Assembly (NCBI RefSeq): GCF_000022265.1
Contig: NC_011979.1
Location: 840,001 to 872,000, forward strand
From: Geotalea daltonii FRC-32
GTDB taxonomy: Bacteria; Desulfobacterota; Desulfuromonadia; Geobacterales; Geobacteraceae
Direction: 5' to 3'
DNA length: 32,000 nucleotides
The notes under the pieces are model-generated. The model saw only the letters and a list, made by a program, of their open reading frames with translations, searched no databases and had not been told where the DNA came from. Position numbers and translations under genes: made by a program. Shown here one piece after another: positions 1 through 12,294 of this stretch (its first letter is position 1; each line of letters starts with the position of its first letter).

Positions 1-1
1 C

Positions 2-1417
2 GGTTATCTGGTGACTGAGCGTGACGCCCTTGGCAGGGAGGTCTATAGCAAGGGGACCGTGGTTAAAAATCCAGCCAAGGGACAGAATGTTACCCTGACC
101 CTGGACAAGAATATCCAGTATATAGCTGAAAAAGAACTGATCAAGGCGGTGGAGACAAATGGGGCAAAGGCGGGGATTGCACTGGTTATGGAACCTGCAA
201 CAGGTCGCATATTGGCTATGGCCAACTACCCCAATTTCAACCCCAATACCTTCTCCAAGTATGCACAGCAGGCGCTGCGCAACAGGTCCATAGCCGACAG
301 TTTCGAGCCGGGTTCGACCTTCAAGATATTTCTGGCTGCAACAGCATTGGAGCAAAAGGCGATCAGGCCCGGCGACGGGTTCAACTGCGAAAACGGCAGC
401 TACAGCATCGGCGGCAGGACCATCCATGATACCCACAAGTACGGGTATCTGAGTATTGCGCAGATTCTCAAGTACTCTAGCAATATCGGAGCGGCCAAGA
501 TTGGCGCAAGACTGGGCAATGATAAACTCTATGCCGGCCTCACCGGCTTCGGTTTCGGCGAAAAGACCGGCGTCGATCTGCCTGGCGAATCGAGCGGCAC
601 CCTGCGCAACAAGAGCCAATGGTTCGGCGTCGATCTGGCCACAATTTCCTTCGGTCAAGGAGTTACCGCAACTCCTCTCCAGATTGCTACCGGAGTTTCG
701 GCGGTAGCCAACGGGGGCCTGCTGATGAAGCCATACCTGGTGGAAAAGATCAGCGACGATAATGGCAACGTGGTGCGGAGCTTTGCGCCGGAGGTGAAAC
801 GCCGGGTCATCTCCGAAGAAACGGCGAAAACTGTGGCCCGCATGCTGGAAGGAGTGGTTGCCGAAGGGGGAACGGGGGTCAATGCCGCTGTGGATGGTTA
901 TCGTTCGGCCGGCAAAACCGGTACTGCCCAAAAGGTGGACCACCTGACGCGAGGATACTCGGCTGACAAGAGAACAGCTTCCTATGTCGGTTTCGTGCCG
1001 TTGGAAAAGCCGAGGCTGACAATCCTGGTAGTGGTTGATGAACCTAAGACAAGCTCTTATGGCGGAATTGTAGCCGCACCGGCCTTCAGCGCCATTGCCG
1101 AACAGTCCCTGTGCTATCTGAAGGTGCCAACCGATCATGCGTTGAAGAAAAAAGCAGAGCAGGTAGAGGTAAAATCAGCTCCTTCGGTCGAAACGGTTGA
1201 CGCCGTTGTGGACGGAGGCGTTGTCGCAGGGGCGGCAGGAGCCATAATGCCTAATTTCCGAGGCCTCAGCATGCGACAGGCACTGAAGGTAATGCAGCAA
1301 CGTGGCCTTAACGTGACGCTCAAGGGGAGCGGTCGCGCCGTAGAGCAGAATCCGATGCCGGGCAGTATTATCAGCGGAAACGATCGGGTCTGGGTCAGAT
1401 TTGTTCCCTCAGCCTGA
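2..1417 (+). CDS. ftsI: Peptidoglycan D,D-transpeptidase FtsI (class B PBP3), 5'-truncated by the window edge, with a C-terminal PASTA-like domain
   Basis: The frame is open from base 2, so the GTG at 11 is internal. Transpeptidase motifs are present: STFK (SxxK), SSN (SxN) and KTGT (KTG). It lies directly upstream of murE, as in dcw clusters. The last ~55 aa (NFRGLSMRQALKVMQQRGLNVTLKGSGRAVEQNPMPGSII..VWVRF) fit the PASTA pattern. Confidence 0.9.
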   Translation, partial: GYLVTERDALGREVYSKGTVVKNPAKGQNVTLTLDKNIQYIAEKELIKAVETNGAKAGIALVMEPATGRILAMANYPNFNPNTFSKYAQQALRNRSIADSFEPGSTFKIFLAATALEQKAIRPGDGFNCENGSYSIGGRTIHDTHKYGYLSIAQILKYSSNIGAAKIGARLGNDKLYAGLTGFGFGEKTGVDLPGESSGTLRNKSQWFGVDLATISFGQGVTATPLQIATGVSAVANGGLLMKPYLVEKISDDNGNVVRSFAPEVKRRVISEETAKTVARMLEGVVAEGGTGVNAAVDGYRSAGKTGTAQKVDHLTRGYSADKRTASYVGFVPLEKPRLTILVVVDEPKTSSYGGIVAAPAFSAIAEQSLCYLKVPTDHALKKKAEQVEVKSAPSVETVDAVVDGGVVAGAAGAIMPNFRGLSMRQALKVMQQRGLNVTLKGSGRAVEQNPMPGSIISGNDRVWVRFVPSA

Positions 1418-1438
1418 GTAAAAAACAACGGGTATCCC

Positions 1439-2965
1439 ATGCGACTTTCACAACTTGTTAAATCTGTCGCGGTTCTTGACATGGTCGGCGATGTCGACCC
1501 TGATATAACCGGACTGTTTTACGATTCCCGAAAGGTTCAGCCAGGCGGCTTGTTCTTCGCCCTGAAAGGGGTGGCAAGCGACGGCTATGCCTTTATTGAG
1601 GTAGCGGTAAAGGCCGGGGCAGTAGCAGTGGTCATCGAAGATGACCGGACTCCTGCCGATATTGCCTGGGTGAGGGTAGCTGACGGGCGGTTGGCGATGT
1701 CGCTGATGGCTGCCGCTTTTTATGCCAACCCCGCGGCAGGTTTGCCTGTTGTCGGTATTACCGGCACCAACGGCAAAACGACAACCACCTTTCTGCTGGA
1801 ATCCATCTTCGAAAAAGGCGGTTTGCCGGCTGCCGTGCTTGGTACCGTCAATTATCGCTTTGGAGATCTGTCCATCCCGGCCCCAAACACGACTCCGGAG
1901 TCGGTGGACCTGCAGCAGACCCTGAGAAAGCTGGTCGATGCAGGCGCAAAAGGGATCGTCATGGAGGTTTCCTCCCATGCCTTGCAGCAGCGTCGAATCG
2001 ACGGTTGCTCTTTCAATGTGGGGGTCTTCACCAACCTGACCAGGGATCACCTGGACTATCACCTGGACATGGAATCCTATCTGCAGAGCAAAACACGTCT
2101 TTTTTCCGAGCTCCTGGTCCCGGATGAGAAAAAGCCCGAGCGGCATGCGGTGATTAACACCGATGACGAATACGGCCGGCGCATAGCCCAGGCGGCCGCA
2201 TGCCCTGTGGTGACCTACGGCATTGAGAAAAGCGCGGACATCAATGCCGAGAATGTGGAGTTTTCCGTCAGCGGCATCAGCTGCACTCTGGCTACCCCAA
2301 AAGGTCGGATCGAGCTTCGGTCAATGCTTGTCGGCCGCTTCAATTTGTATAATATCATGGCTGCGGCGGGTGCGGGTGTTGCTCTGGGATTGCCGCTCGA
2401 ATCCATCAAGGAAGGGCTTGAGCATCATGGTCAGGTTCCGGGCAGACTGGAGAGGGTGGAGAATGCTCTGGGGGTGACGGTACTTGTGGATTATGCCCAT
2501 ACCGGCGATGCCCTAGAAAATGTTTTGCTGACCATGACGGAGTTGAAGAAGGGCAGAATCATCACCCTCTTTGGCTGTGGTGGCGACCGTGACAAGGGCA
2601 AACGGCCGATCATGGGCGAGATTGCCGGACGCTACAGCGATCTGAGCATCATTACCTCGGACAATCCTCGCACGGAAAATCCAGCGGAGATCATGGCCCA
2701 GGTTCGGGAAGGGATTGTCCGTCTCGGTATCTGCGAATATTCATCCTATGAGGCAGCCATCTTCCAGGAGAAGGGTTTTGTCAGCATAGAACAGCGACAG
2801 GATGCCATCAGGCTGGCGGTCAAGGCGGCGCGGCCGGGAGACATAGTACTGCTGGCGGGCAAGGGACATGAGGACTATCAGATCATCGGCAAAGAAAAAT
2901 TCCATTTCGACGATCGGGAAGTGGCTGCTCAGGCCTGCCGGGAAAAAGCCGGCCAAAACCAGTAG
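1439..2965 (+). CDS. murE: UDP-N-acetylmuramoyl-L-alanyl-D-glutamate--2,6-diaminopimelate ligase (MurE)
   Basis: 508-aa ORF with the Mur-ligase P-loop [11 protein letters not shown]. The DNPR motif (SDNPRTE) is typical of meso-DAP-adding MurE. It sits between ftsI and murF. Confidence 0.95.
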   Translation: MRLSQLVKSVAVLDMVGDVDPDITGLFYDSRKVQPGGLFFALKGVASDGYAFIEVAVKAGAVAVVIEDDRTPADIAWVRVADGRLAMSLMAAAFYANPAAGLPVVGITGTNGKTTTTFLLESIFEKGGLPAAVLGTVNYRFGDLSIPAPNTTPESVDLQQTLRKLVDAGAKGIVMEVSSHALQQRRIDGCSFNVGVFTNLTRDHLDYHLDMESYLQSKTRLFSELLVPDEKKPERHAVINTDDEYGRRIAQAAACPVVTYGIEKSADINAENVEFSVSGISCTLATPKGRIELRSMLVGRFNLYNIMAAAGAGVALGLPLESIKEGLEHHGQVPGRLERVENALGVTVLVDYAHTGDALENVLLTMTELKKGRIITLFGCGGDRDKGKRPIMGEIAGRYSDLSIITSDNPRTENPAEIMAQVREGIVRLGICEYSSYEAAIFQEKGFVSIEQRQDAIRLAVKAARPGDIVLLAGKGHEDYQIIGKEKFHFDDREVAAQACREKAGQNQ

Positions 2966-2979
2966 CAGGAAAGGCGCAA

Positions 2980-4386
2980 ATGCTCTCCATTGACGAAATA
3001 ATCCAGGCTACTGGCGGGACACTGATCGGCAGTGGCGGCAAGATGGTGTCCGGTGTGTCGACGGACTCACGCAGTGTGGTTGCCGGGCAACTCTTCGTAG
3101 CCTTGAAGGGGGATCGCTTCGATGGCCATGAGTTCATTGAGACCGCTCTGGCGAAGGGGGTCAGGACATTTCTTGTGGCTGCGGATTCGCTCGCTGCAAG
3201 AGCTCCCGCCGAAAATGCCTCCTACATTGCAGTTACCGAAACTCTCAGGGCGCTTGGTGATCTTGCTGCCGGCTACCGGAGGAAATTCAGCATTCCCCTG
3301 ATTGGTATAACCGGCAGCAACGGCAAGACGACCACCAAGGAAATGCTGGCCACTATTCTCGGCCAGACTGGTCCGGGCCTGAAAACCAGCGGCAATCTCA
3401 ACAACCTGATCGGGCTGCCGCTCATGCTCCTGCGTATGACTGGCCGCGACCGCTGGGCGGTGCTTGAAATGGGGATGAGTGAACCGGGGGAGATCGACCG
3501 TCTGGCGGAGATAGCAGAACCCGGGGTTGGCATAATCACCAACGCCTTTACTGCCCACCTGGCAAGCATGGGCAGTGTGGAGGCTGTGGCAAAGGCCAAG
3601 GGGGAACTGTTTCAGAGGCTGAAAACGGGAGGCGTAGCTGTATATAACGCCGATGACCCCCTGATCTCGCGTTTGCCCACTGCTGCAGGTGTTAGCAGGC
3701 TTTCCTTCGGTCTTCGCGGGGCGGAGGTTAGTTCGGAAGGGATCAAAACGCTTGGCCTGGAAGGGGTCCGTTTTACCCTTCGCCTGCCCGACGGCGAGAT
3801 ACCCGTGAAGATGAGGGCCTTCGGTCAGCACAATATCTATAATGCACTGGCTGCAGCAGCTGCTGCCCATGCCATCGGGCTGGATCATCAGACCATACGC
3901 GCCGGGCTGGAGGAATTCACCCCATATGACAAGCGCTTTCACGTGGAGCAGGTGGGTGACATCGTGCTTATTGATGACAGTTATAATGCCAATCCTGCAT
4001 CCATCGCGGCTGCGTTGGTGACCTTGAAGGACATCCGCCAGCAGAACAGGGCCATAGCTGTGCTTGGCGACATGCTGGAACTGGGTAGCGGAGCGCCCGC
4101 TGCCCACCGGGAAGTGGGGCTTCTTGCTGCAACATGCGTGGAGCGGTTGTATGTGATGGGAGAATACGCAGAGACGGTTGCCGCCGGTGCTGTTGATGGC
4201 GGCATGGGCGCAGATCATATCTATGTTGCCGGAAGTCATGGGGAGATTGTCGAGGACCTGCGCCGGAAGGTGACGAAAGGCGATAATATCCTGGTCAAGG
4301 GCTCACGAGGTATGCATATGGACAAAGTCGCCGAGGCGATCCGCAACGGTTTTTCCCTTGCCGATGAAAAGAAAGGAGTAGCCTGA
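2980..4386 (+). CDS. murF: UDP-N-acetylmuramoyl-tripeptide--D-alanyl-D-alanine ligase (MurF)
   Basis: 468-aa ORF with P-loop [14 protein letters not shown] and Mur ligase middle and C-terminal domains. It follows murE. Its stop overlaps the mraY start by 1 nt (TGATG at 4384-4388). Confidence 0.95.
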   Translation: MLSIDEIIQATGGTLIGSGGKMVSGVSTDSRSVVAGQLFVALKGDRFDGHEFIETALAKGVRTFLVAADSLAARAPAENASYIAVTETLRALGDLAAGYRRKFSIPLIGITGSNGKTTTKEMLATILGQTGPGLKTSGNLNNLIGLPLMLLRMTGRDRWAVLEMGMSEPGEIDRLAEIAEPGVGIITNAFTAHLASMGSVEAVAKAKGELFQRLKTGGVAVYNADDPLISRLPTAAGVSRLSFGLRGAEVSSEGIKTLGLEGVRFTLRLPDGEIPVKMRAFGQHNIYNALAAAAAAHAIGLDHQTIRAGLEEFTPYDKRFHVEQVGDIVLIDDSYNANPASIAAALVTLKDIRQQNRAIAVLGDMLELGSGAPAAHREVGLLAATCVERLYVMGEYAETVAAGAVDGGMGADHIYVAGSHGEIVEDLRRKVTKGDNILVKGSRGMHMDKVAEAIRNGFSLADEKKGVA

Positions 4387-5462
4387 TGCTTTATCATCTG
4401 CTCTATCCCTTGGCCTCCGATTACAGACTATTCAATGTCTTCAAATATCTGACCTTCAGAACCATCTATGCCATGATTACGGCGCTGGTGGTGGCGTTTA
4501 TCCTGGGACCATGGCTGATACGAAAGCTGGAGAAGCTGCAGGCCCGCCAGGTAATCCGCACCGACGGTCCCGAATCCCACCTGAAAAAACAGGGAACCCC
4601 CACCATGGGGGGGGTGTTGATATTGGCGGCCATCATCATACCGACCCTTCTTTGGGCGGATCTGACCAATGCCTTCGTCTGGCTGACCCTGTTCATCATC
4701 GGTGGCTACGGTGTGATCGGTTTCTTCGACGACTATAAGAAGGTGGTGGAGAAGAACCCGAAAGGGCTTTCTCCGCGGCAGAAAATGTTCTGGCAGATTC
4801 TTCTGGCCACTGGAGTGGGGATATTTCTCTTCGTCATGCCCGGCTTTTCCAAGGAACTTTTCTTCCCATTCTTTAAAAGGCTTCACCCTGACCTGGGAAT
4901 ATTGTTCATCCCGTTCATCACTCTGGTGATCGTCGGTGCCAGTAATGCCGTGAACCTGACTGACGGCCTGGATGGCTTGGCCATCGGTCCGGTTTCCATC
5001 AATGCGGCTACTTATCTGCTGTTTACCTATATTGCCGGTAACGCCAGGCTGTCTGGTTATCTGCAGATCCCATACGTGCCGGGGTCGGGAGAACTTGCCG
5101 TGCTTTGCGGCGCCATGGTCGGGGCTGGTCTGGGTTTCCTCTGGTACAACTCATATCCGGCAGAGGTCTTCATGGGGGATGTGGGGTCCCTTTCCCTTGG
5201 GGGAGGGCTGGGAACGTTGGCGGTCATCACCAAGCAGGAGATCCTGCTGGTAATTGTCGGTGGCGTTTTTGTCACCGAAGCACTATCTGTAATATTTCAG
5301 GTAGGCTCCTATAAGTACCGCGGCAAGAGGATTTTCCGCATGGCCCCTATTCATCACCACTTTGAGCTGAAGGGGGTTGCAGAGCCCAAGATAATAGTGC
5401 GTTTCTGGATTATCACCTTTATTCTGGCGCTGGTGGCAATTTCAACTTTGAAGATGCGCTGA
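4386..5462 (+). CDS. mraY: Phospho-N-acetylmuramoyl-pentapeptide transferase (MraY)
   Basis: 358-aa polytopic membrane protein with conserved MraY blocks [24 protein letters not shown] and PIHHHFE. The dcw position is canonical. Confidence 0.96.
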   Translation: MLYHLLYPLASDYRLFNVFKYLTFRTIYAMITALVVAFILGPWLIRKLEKLQARQVIRTDGPESHLKKQGTPTMGGVLILAAIIIPTLLWADLTNAFVWLTLFIIGGYGVIGFFDDYKKVVEKNPKGLSPRQKMFWQILLATGVGIFLFVMPGFSKELFFPFFKRLHPDLGILFIPFITLVIVGASNAVNLTDGLDGLAIGPVSINAATYLLFTYIAGNARLSGYLQIPYVPGSGELAVLCGAMVGAGLGFLWYNSYPAEVFMGDVGSLSLGGGLGTLAVITKQEILLVIVGGVFVTEALSVIFQVGSYKYRGKRIFRMAPIHHHFELKGVAEPKIIVRFWIITFILALVAISTLKMR

Positions 5463-5501
5463 CAGATTTCTGCGCCAGTAATGGCGGCAGGGGAACAGGT
5501 T

Positions 5502-6863
5502 ATGGAAATCAAAGGTAAGAAAATACTGGTGGTTGGTCTGGCCAGAACCGGCGTGGCAGTGGCAAGATTCCTGGCCTCCCGCGGAGCAAAGGTCACCGTT
5601 ACCGATATGAAGGAAGAGTCGGAGCTTGCTGATTATCTCTTGCAGTTGGAGGATCTTGACCTGAACCTTGAGCTGGGCCGTCATGACAAGCATACATTCC
5701 TCATGTCCGATCTCATCGTCGTCAGTCCGGGTGTCCCCATGGACATTTCTCCGCTGCTTATGGCGAAGGCACAGCGGAGGGTCGTGATCAGCGAAATAGA
5801 GCTGGCCGCTGCATTCATCAAGGCTCCCATGGTTGCCATTACTGGCACCAACGGCAAGACGACGACAACAACCCTGGCAGGGGAGATATTCAAGGCTTGC
5901 GGCGTTGAGACCTTTGTCGGCGGCAATATAGGCAATCCCCTGATTGAGTTGGTCACGTCTGGCAATGATGTGGCGCAGGTGGTAGTAGAACTGAGCTCAT
6001 TTCAGTTGGAAGGAATTCAACGCTTCAGGCCCAAGGTAGCAGTGCTGCTAAATATCACTGAGGACCACCTGGACCGGTATGCCAGCTACCAGGATTACAT
6101 CGATGCGAAACTCCGCATCTTTGAAAACCAGACAGTCGATGATTTCGCTGTTCTTAATGTGGATGATCCATTGGTGGCAGCCTGTGCCGCGACTGTTAAA
6201 TCAAGGGTTTTCCCTTTCAGCCAGCGGAAGGAGTTGGCAGAAGGCATTTTCTGCAGCAAAGGCATTATCGTATACCGATGGCAAGGGAGCGAGCTGCGCT
6301 TTGATACGGCCGCCTTCAAACTGAAAGGGGTTCACAATATAGAGAATATCATGGCGGCACTGGCCAGCACCCTTTTGTCCGGGGCCGACCCGATCAAAGC
6401 TGGGCGCGCGGTAGAGTCCTTTAAAGGTCTGCGTCACCGGATGGAATTTATACGTGAAGTAGGCGGAGTTGCCTACTATGAGGACAGCAAAGGAACCAAC
6501 GTGGGGAGCGTAGTCAAGTCCCTTGAGAGCTTCGACAAAGGTATTACCCTTATCGCCGGCGGAAAGGACAAAGGGGGATCATATGCGCCCCTGGCAGATC
6601 TGGTGCGGGAGAGGGTAAAGCACCTTATCCTCATTGGTGAGGCCAAGGAAAGGATCGAAGCAGAGCTGGGAAACCTTACCGATACACACAAGGCAGCCAC
6701 CCTGGAAGATGCAGTGGCAATAGCACATAGGTTGGCCAAGGCTGGGGAGGTTGTTCTTTTTTCTCCGGCCTGTTCCAGCTTCGACATGTTCAAAGATTAT
6801 GCAGAGCGCGCTGAGCGGTTCAATGCTGCGGTGCGGGCCCTTGCCGGTGGAGATTGCCGATGA
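5502..6863 (+). CDS. murD: UDP-N-acetylmuramoylalanine--D-glutamate ligase (MurD)
   Basis: N-terminal Rossmann segment [19 protein letters not shown] and P-loop [12 protein letters not shown]. The ORF track starts at ATG 5481. I prefer ATG 5502, which has GGGGAA about 8 nt upstream and gives [12 protein letters not shown]. The start is uncertain by 21 nt. Confidence 0.93.
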   Translation: MEIKGKKILVVGLARTGVAVARFLASRGAKVTVTDMKEESELADYLLQLEDLDLNLELGRHDKHTFLMSDLIVVSPGVPMDISPLLMAKAQRRVVISEIELAAAFIKAPMVAITGTNGKTTTTTLAGEIFKACGVETFVGGNIGNPLIELVTSGNDVAQVVVELSSFQLEGIQRFRPKVAVLLNITEDHLDRYASYQDYIDAKLRIFENQTVDDFAVLNVDDPLVAACAATVKSRVFPFSQRKELAEGIFCSKGIIVYRWQGSELRFDTAAFKLKGVHNIENIMAALASTLLSGADPIKAGRAVESFKGLRHRMEFIREVGGVAYYEDSKGTNVGSVVKSLESFDKGITLIAGGKDKGGSYAPLADLVRERVKHLILIGEAKERIEAELGNLTDTHKAATLEDAVAIAHRLAKAGEVVLFSPACSSFDMFKDYAERAERFNAAVRALAGGDCR

Positions 6864-7963
6864 AGAGGCTTGAGGGATACGACATGATCATTTTGCTGCT
6901 GGTGGTAATGCTCACCTGCTTCGGAATCGTCATGGTCTATTCCGCTTCCTCGGTGATGGCGGCAAAGAAATACAGCGATGGTTTTTACTTTTTGAAGCGG
7001 CAGGGGCTCTATGCCATCCTGGGGTTCGGCGCCATGGCCTTTGCCATGCAGGTCGACTACCATCATTGGCGTCGCTTTGCCGTACCTCTGCTGCTGGCCT
7101 GCCTGGGGCTGCTCATTCTGGTATTCATCCCTGGTATCGGCGGTACGGCAAAGGGTGCATCAAGATGGATCCGCTTGCCGGGCTTCAACTTTCAGCCTTC
7201 CGAAATGGCCAAGGTGGCGCTGATAATTTACATGGCTTATTCTCTGGACAAAAAGCAGGAGAAGCTGAAGGAGTTCATGGCCGGCTTTCTGCCGTACATG
7301 GTCATTCTGGCCGTCCTGCTGGCGATACTCTTGAAGCAGCATGACATGGGAGCTGCACTGACCATGGGTGCCGTTGCCCTCGCCATGCTGTTTGCAGCCG
7401 GGACACGACCCCGGTATATATTCGGCATGGGAGTGCTGGCGGCTCCCTTTGCCTGTTATCTGGTGGTGACCGAAGCATACCGGATGCGGCGCATCACCGC
7501 CTTTCTCGATCCCTGGCAGGACCCCACCAACTCCGGCTTCCAGATAATACAGTCCTGGATCGCTTTCGGCACGGGGGGAATTTTGGGGCAGGGACTTGGC
7601 GAAGGAAAGCAGAAGCTGTTCTATCTGCCCGAGGCCCACACCGACTTTATTCTTTCAGTGGTTGGTGAGGAACTCGGTTTTATCGGCGTCATGGTCATTG
7701 CGGCCATGTTTCTGGTTCTGCTTCAGCGTAGCATCAGGGTAGCAATCGGCGCAGAAGACAGCTTCGGGCGGTACCTCGCATTCGGCATCGCTGTGCTGGT
7801 AGGCCTTGAAGCATTCATCAACATGGGGGTGGTGACCGGCCTGCTGCCGACAAAGGGGCTGGCGTTGCCATTCATCAGTTACGGGGGTAGTTCGTTGATT
7901 ATCAGCCTTTTTGCCGTTGGCCTGTTGCTCAATGTCTCGTCTAAGGCAAGGGGGCTGTCATGA
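6860..7963 (+). CDS. ftsW: Peptidoglycan glycosyltransferase FtsW (SEDS family)
   Basis: Multi-TM protein with the SEDS signature [19 protein letters not shown], located between murD and murG. The track ORF starts at TTG 6854. ATG 6860 forms an ATGA overlap with the murD stop and has GGTGGAG 7 nt upstream, so I prefer it. Confidence 0.92.
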   Translation: MKRLEGYDMIILLLVVMLTCFGIVMVYSASSVMAAKKYSDGFYFLKRQGLYAILGFGAMAFAMQVDYHHWRRFAVPLLLACLGLLILVFIPGIGGTAKGASRWIRLPGFNFQPSEMAKVALIIYMAYSLDKKQEKLKEFMAGFLPYMVILAVLLAILLKQHDMGAALTMGAVALAMLFAAGTRPRYIFGMGVLAAPFACYLVVTEAYRMRRITAFLDPWQDPTNSGFQIIQSWIAFGTGGILGQGLGEGKQKLFYLPEAHTDFILSVVGEELGFIGVMVIAAMFLVLLQRSIRVAIGAEDSFGRYLAFGIAVLVGLEAFINMGVVTGLLPTKGLALPFISYGGSSLIISLFAVGLLLNVSSKARGLS

Positions 7964-9060
7964 GACTGATCGTTGCCGGGGGCGGGACGGGGGGGCATCT
8001 TTTCCCCGGTATTGCCGTTGCCGAAGAATTCCTGGCGAGAAACAGCGCCAACGAGGTGCTCTTCATCGGCACCGAAAGGGGAATTGAAGCAAGGCTGCTG
8101 CCAAAGCTGGGCTACCGGCTGGAGTGCATTTCCGCCAGCGGAATCAAGGGGCAAAGCCCCCTTACCAAGGTGAAGAGTGCAGCACTGCTCCTTTACGGTT
8201 ACTCCCAGTCGCGAAAGATCCTCAAGGAGTTCCGGCCGGATGTGGTGCTCGGCGTAGGTGGTTATGCATCGGCCCCGGTGGTGCTTTCTGCCCGCGGCTT
8301 GCAGATCAGGCGCTTCATCCACGAACAGAATGCCATACCAGGCCTAACCAACAAGGTGCTGGCACGGATCGCCGACAAGGTCTTCATCTCCATCGAGGAA
8401 TCAAGGAAATTTTTTCCGGAAGACAGGACGATGCTGACGGGAAACCCGCTACGTAAAGAAATTTTGTGGAATGTGCAACAGGGGAAAACAGAGCCGAAGG
8501 GTGGCAGCCTGAGACTGCTGGTTTTTGGCGGCAGCGCCGGCGCGCACCGGATCAACACCGCCATGGTCGAAGCCTTGCCCCACCTGGCAAAGGTAAAGGA
8601 GCATCTCCTCATAACCCATCAGACCGGGGAGAAGGACCATGGGGAAATGAAAAAAGCTTATGGGGCGGCAGGCTTCAATGCAGAGGTTACTCCTTTCATC
8701 GACAACATGGCTGCGGCGTACGCAGCTGCTGATTTTATCGTCTGCCGGGCCGGCGCAACGACCCTTGCCGAAGTGGCGGTGAGCGGCAAGGCCTGTATTT
8801 TTATCCCCTATCCCTATGCGGCCGATGATCACCAGCGGCGGAATGCAGAGGCCCTGCTCAAAGAGGATGCAGGCTTCATGATTCTTGAGCGTGAGCTGAC
8901 GGGGGACACCCTGGCCGGGCAGATTATCAGGCTGATGCAGGAGCCGGAACTTGTTGAAAAAACGGCGGCAAACATCCGTAAATTCGGTCAACTTGACGCC
9001 GCCCAAGTGATAGTGGACGAGATGACCGGAAAACAGGAGCCCTTGTGTACGGAAAAATAG
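7960..9060 (+). CDS. murG: UDP-N-acetylglucosamine--N-acetylmuramyl-(pentapeptide) pyrophosphoryl-undecaprenol GlcNAc transferase (MurG)
   Basis: 366 aa. N-terminal [11 protein letters not shown] is the typical MurG G-loop. ATGA overlap with the ftsW stop. Canonical position. Confidence 0.95.
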   Translation: MRLIVAGGGTGGHLFPGIAVAEEFLARNSANEVLFIGTERGIEARLLPKLGYRLECISASGIKGQSPLTKVKSAALLLYGYSQSRKILKEFRPDVVLGVGGYASAPVVLSARGLQIRRFIHEQNAIPGLTNKVLARIADKVFISIEESRKFFPEDRTMLTGNPLRKEILWNVQQGKTEPKGGSLRLLVFGGSAGAHRINTAMVEALPHLAKVKEHLLITHQTGEKDHGEMKKAYGAAGFNAEVTPFIDNMAAAYAAADFIVCRAGATTLAEVAVSGKACIFIPYPYAADDHQRRNAEALLKEDAGFMILERELTGDTLAGQIIRLMQEPELVEKTAANIRKFGQLDAAQVIVDEMTGKQEPLCTEK

Positions 9061-10421
9061 AGAGAATCCATTTTGTCGGTATCGGCGGCATCGGCATGAG
9101 CGGCATCGCCGAGGTGCTGCTCAACCTGGGATACAAGGTGTCCGGTTCCGACCTGAGAAAGTCGGAGATCACGGAACGCCTGGAGCAGCTGGGGGGGGAA
9201 ATCCACCTGGGTCACACCGGCAGTAATGTTGAGCGTGCCGATGTCGTGGTCATTTCCAGCGCCGTCCACGACGATAATCCAGAGGTGATCGAGGCTAGAG
9301 AGCGGCTGATCCCGGTGATACCACGAGCAGAAATGCTTGCCGAACTGATGCGAATGAAGTACGGCATTGCCATTGCCGGCACCCACGGCAAAACGACCAC
9401 TACCTCAATGGTGGCAACCATTCTGGCAACAGGTGGAATCGATCCGACCATTGTCATCGGCGGCAGGCTGAATTCCATCGGCACCAACGCCCGTCTTGGC
9501 CAAGGGAAATTCCTTGTAGCCGAAGCCGACGAATCTGACGGCTCCTTTCTCAAGCTTTCCCCGACCATAGCCGTAGTAACCAATATCGATGCGGACCATC
9601 TGGATTTTTACAGCGGTATCGAGGAGATCAAGGATACCTTCGTTGAGTTTATCAACAAGATTCCCTTCTATGGCCTTGCCGTGCTCTGCCTGGATAACGG
9701 CAACGTTGCCGACATTATTCCCCTGGTGAAGAAGCGGTTCACCACCTATGGGTTGACGGCCCAGGCAGATTTTCGCGCCACCGAGATCCGTCATGAAGGC
9801 TTCACCACCTCCTTCGTCGCCCATTATAAGGGACAGAAGCTGGGGGAAATAAGTTTCAACATGCCCGGTGCCCACAACGTACTTAACGCCTTGGCGACCA
9901 TTGCCGTTGCCACTGAGCTGGATATGCGCTTCGAAGATATTCAGGCCGGCTTCAAAAGCTTCGGCGGAGTGGGACGCCGCTTTCAGGTCAAGGGGGAAGT
10001 GAACGGCATCATGGTTGTGGATGATTACGGACACCATCCCACTGAGATCAAGGCAACCCTGGCGGCTGCAAAGGGGGGCTGGGACCGGCGCCTGGTGGTG
10101 GTGTTCCAGCCACACCGTTACACACGCACCAAGGAGCTGTTCGAAGAATTCGTCAAGGCTTTTTACGATGCCGACATTCTGATTCTGACCGATATCTATC
10201 CTGCCGGAGAACAACCCATCGAAGGGGTTACGGCGGAAGCACTGTCTGCAAGGATCAAACGCCATGGTCAGCGAGAGGTGACCTTCGTTGCCGATCGTAA
10301 CAAGGTCTGCGACCATCTTTTAAGCATCGTCAAGGAAGGGGATATAGTCCTCACCCTCGGTGCAGGCAACATTCTCCAGGCCGGCGAACAGCTGGTGGAA
10401 AAGCTCAGGGAAGCTCCTTGA
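9045..10421 (+). CDS. murC: UDP-N-acetylmuramate--L-alanine ligase (MurC)
   Basis: GTG start, 16-nt overlap with murG. N-terminal [28 protein letters not shown] and P-loop [11 protein letters not shown] are classic MurC. Confidence 0.95.
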
Positions 10422-11329
10422 CAGTGGATACGCTTGCACGTCTCTGTACCGCCGTACGGGGCAAGGTGCTGGTGAATGAGCCCCTGGCGGGGCACACCTC
10501 ATTGAAGGTGGGGGGGCCGGCCGACTACTTTGCCATTCCGGCCGATCTGGCCGATCTGGAAGAACTTATCAAGGTTGTGCGGAGCTTGTCTCTGCCATAT
10601 TTCATCATCGGCGGTGGTTTCAACGTGCTGGTCGGTGACGGGGGCTTCAGGGGGGTCGCTATATCCCTCAAGGAACTGAACGGCATGGAGAGTCCCTCCC
10701 GTGGCCGGATCCGTGCAGAGGCAGGGGCTACCAATCAGCAGCTGGTGAATTACGCCACGGGCAAGGAGCTTACCGGCTTGGAATTTCTCAGCTGCATTCC
10801 GGGAACCATAGGCGGTGCGCTCAGCGTAAATGCCGGAGCCCACGGCCAGTCGACGATGGAGCAGGTTGAGACCCTGATAACTATGAGGGATGGCCGGATC
10901 TTTGAAAATGAAGGCAGGAAAAGGAACTTCGGCTACAGGTACCTTGAGCTGGAGCCGGGAGAGATTGTTGTGGCAGCTGTTTTCAGCCTGAGCGAAGGGA
11001 AGGCGGAGGCTATTGGGGAAAAGCTGGAAAGCTATCGCCGCCATCGCCTGGAAAGTCAGAAGATAGGTTATCCCAATGCCGGTTCATTTTTCAAAAACCC
11101 GGAAGGCCAACAGGCATGGCGTTTGATAGACGAGGCAGGTTTCAGAGGCTTCCAGGTGGGAGGAGCCCAGGTTTCCGAGATCCACACCAACTTTCTCGTC
11201 AACAGGGGTGGGGCGAGTGCTGCAGATTTCATCACCCTGGCTGGAATGATCAAACAAAAGGTCCTTGAACGGAGCGGGATTTTGCTCCAGGAGGAAGTGC
11301 GCATCCTGGATGAATATGAGCAGAAATAA
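10418..11329 (+). CDS. murB: UDP-N-acetylenolpyruvoylglucosamine reductase (MurB)
   Basis: 303 aa. FAD-binding PCMH-type N-terminus ([13 protein letters not shown]) and the catalytic-region block [12 protein letters not shown] start overlaps the murC stop (TTGA). GTG at 10424 is an alternative start. Confidence 0.92.
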
Positions 11330-11342
11330 GTCGTGAGGATAG

Positions 11343-12275
11343 GTGGCCATGACCAGTTCAGATAACAAAAAAATCGGCGTATTGATGGGAGGATTTTCGG
11401 CAGAGCGCGAGGTTTCCCTGAAGAGCGGCGCAGCCGTGTTGAAAGCGCTTGTCGGGCTCGGCTACAATGCAGTAGGCATTGACGTTGACCGCAACGTGGC
11501 AACTAAGATCGTAGCGGAAGGCATTAATGCCGCCTTTATCGCGCTCCATGGCCGATATGGTGAAGATGGCGCTATACAGGGCCTGCTGGAATTGATGGCC
11601 ATCCCCTATACCGGCTCCGGTGTTTTGGCCAGTGCTCTGGCCATGAACAAGATATTTGCCAAACAGGCCTTCCAGGCAGCAGGGCTGACCGTTGCCCCTT
11701 ACCGGGTGGTTTGCCGGGGCGAAGTATTCGATGCCAAAACCTTTACCTTCCCGTTCCCGGTGGTGGTAAAGCCATCCCAGGAGGGTTCTTCGGTCGGCGT
11801 CAGCATTGTCAGGCAGGAATCGGAACTTGAGGCTGCAATGCAGGATGCCTTCAAATACGACCGGGAAATACTCATCGAGCAGTTCATCAAGGGAGCCGAA
11901 GTCCAGGTGGGAATATTGGAAGACAAGGCCCTGGGTGCCATTGAGATTGTGCCGAAAAAGGAATTTTACGACTTTGAAGCAAAATACTCACCGGGTATGG
12001 CCGAGCATATCCTGCCGGCAAGACTTCCTGCCGATTTATATGAAAAGGTACTGCGCGCGGGGGAAGAAGGTCACCGTGCCCTGGGCTGCAGCGGATACAG
12101 CAGGGTGGACTTCCTGGTAACAACCGAGGGGCTTTGTTACATCCTTGAGGTCAACACATTGCCCGGCATGACCGACCTCAGCCTGCTGCCGGAGATAGCC
12201 CGCGGTTCGGGAATAGAGTTCGGGGAGCTGGTGGAGAGGCTGATTTCTGCCGCCACATTAAAAATAGCACAATAA
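11343..12275 (+). CDS. ddl: D-alanine--D-alanine ligase (Ddl)
   Basis: 310-aa ATP-grasp enzyme with blocks [33 protein letters not shown] and EVNTLPGMT. The start is GTG 11343 or ATG 11349. Confidence 0.94.
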   Translation: MAMTSSDNKKIGVLMGGFSAEREVSLKSGAAVLKALVGLGYNAVGIDVDRNVATKIVAEGINAAFIALHGRYGEDGAIQGLLELMAIPYTGSGVLASALAMNKIFAKQAFQAAGLTVAPYRVVCRGEVFDAKTFTFPFPVVVKPSQEGSSVGVSIVRQESELEAAMQDAFKYDREILIEQFIKGAEVQVGILEDKALGAIEIVPKKEFYDFEAKYSPGMAEHILPARLPADLYEKVLRAGEEGHRALGCSGYSRVDFLVTTEGLCYILEVNTLPGMTDLSLLPEIARGSGIEFGELVERLISAATLKIAQ

Positions 12276-12294
12276 ATATAAACCATCGACTGAC

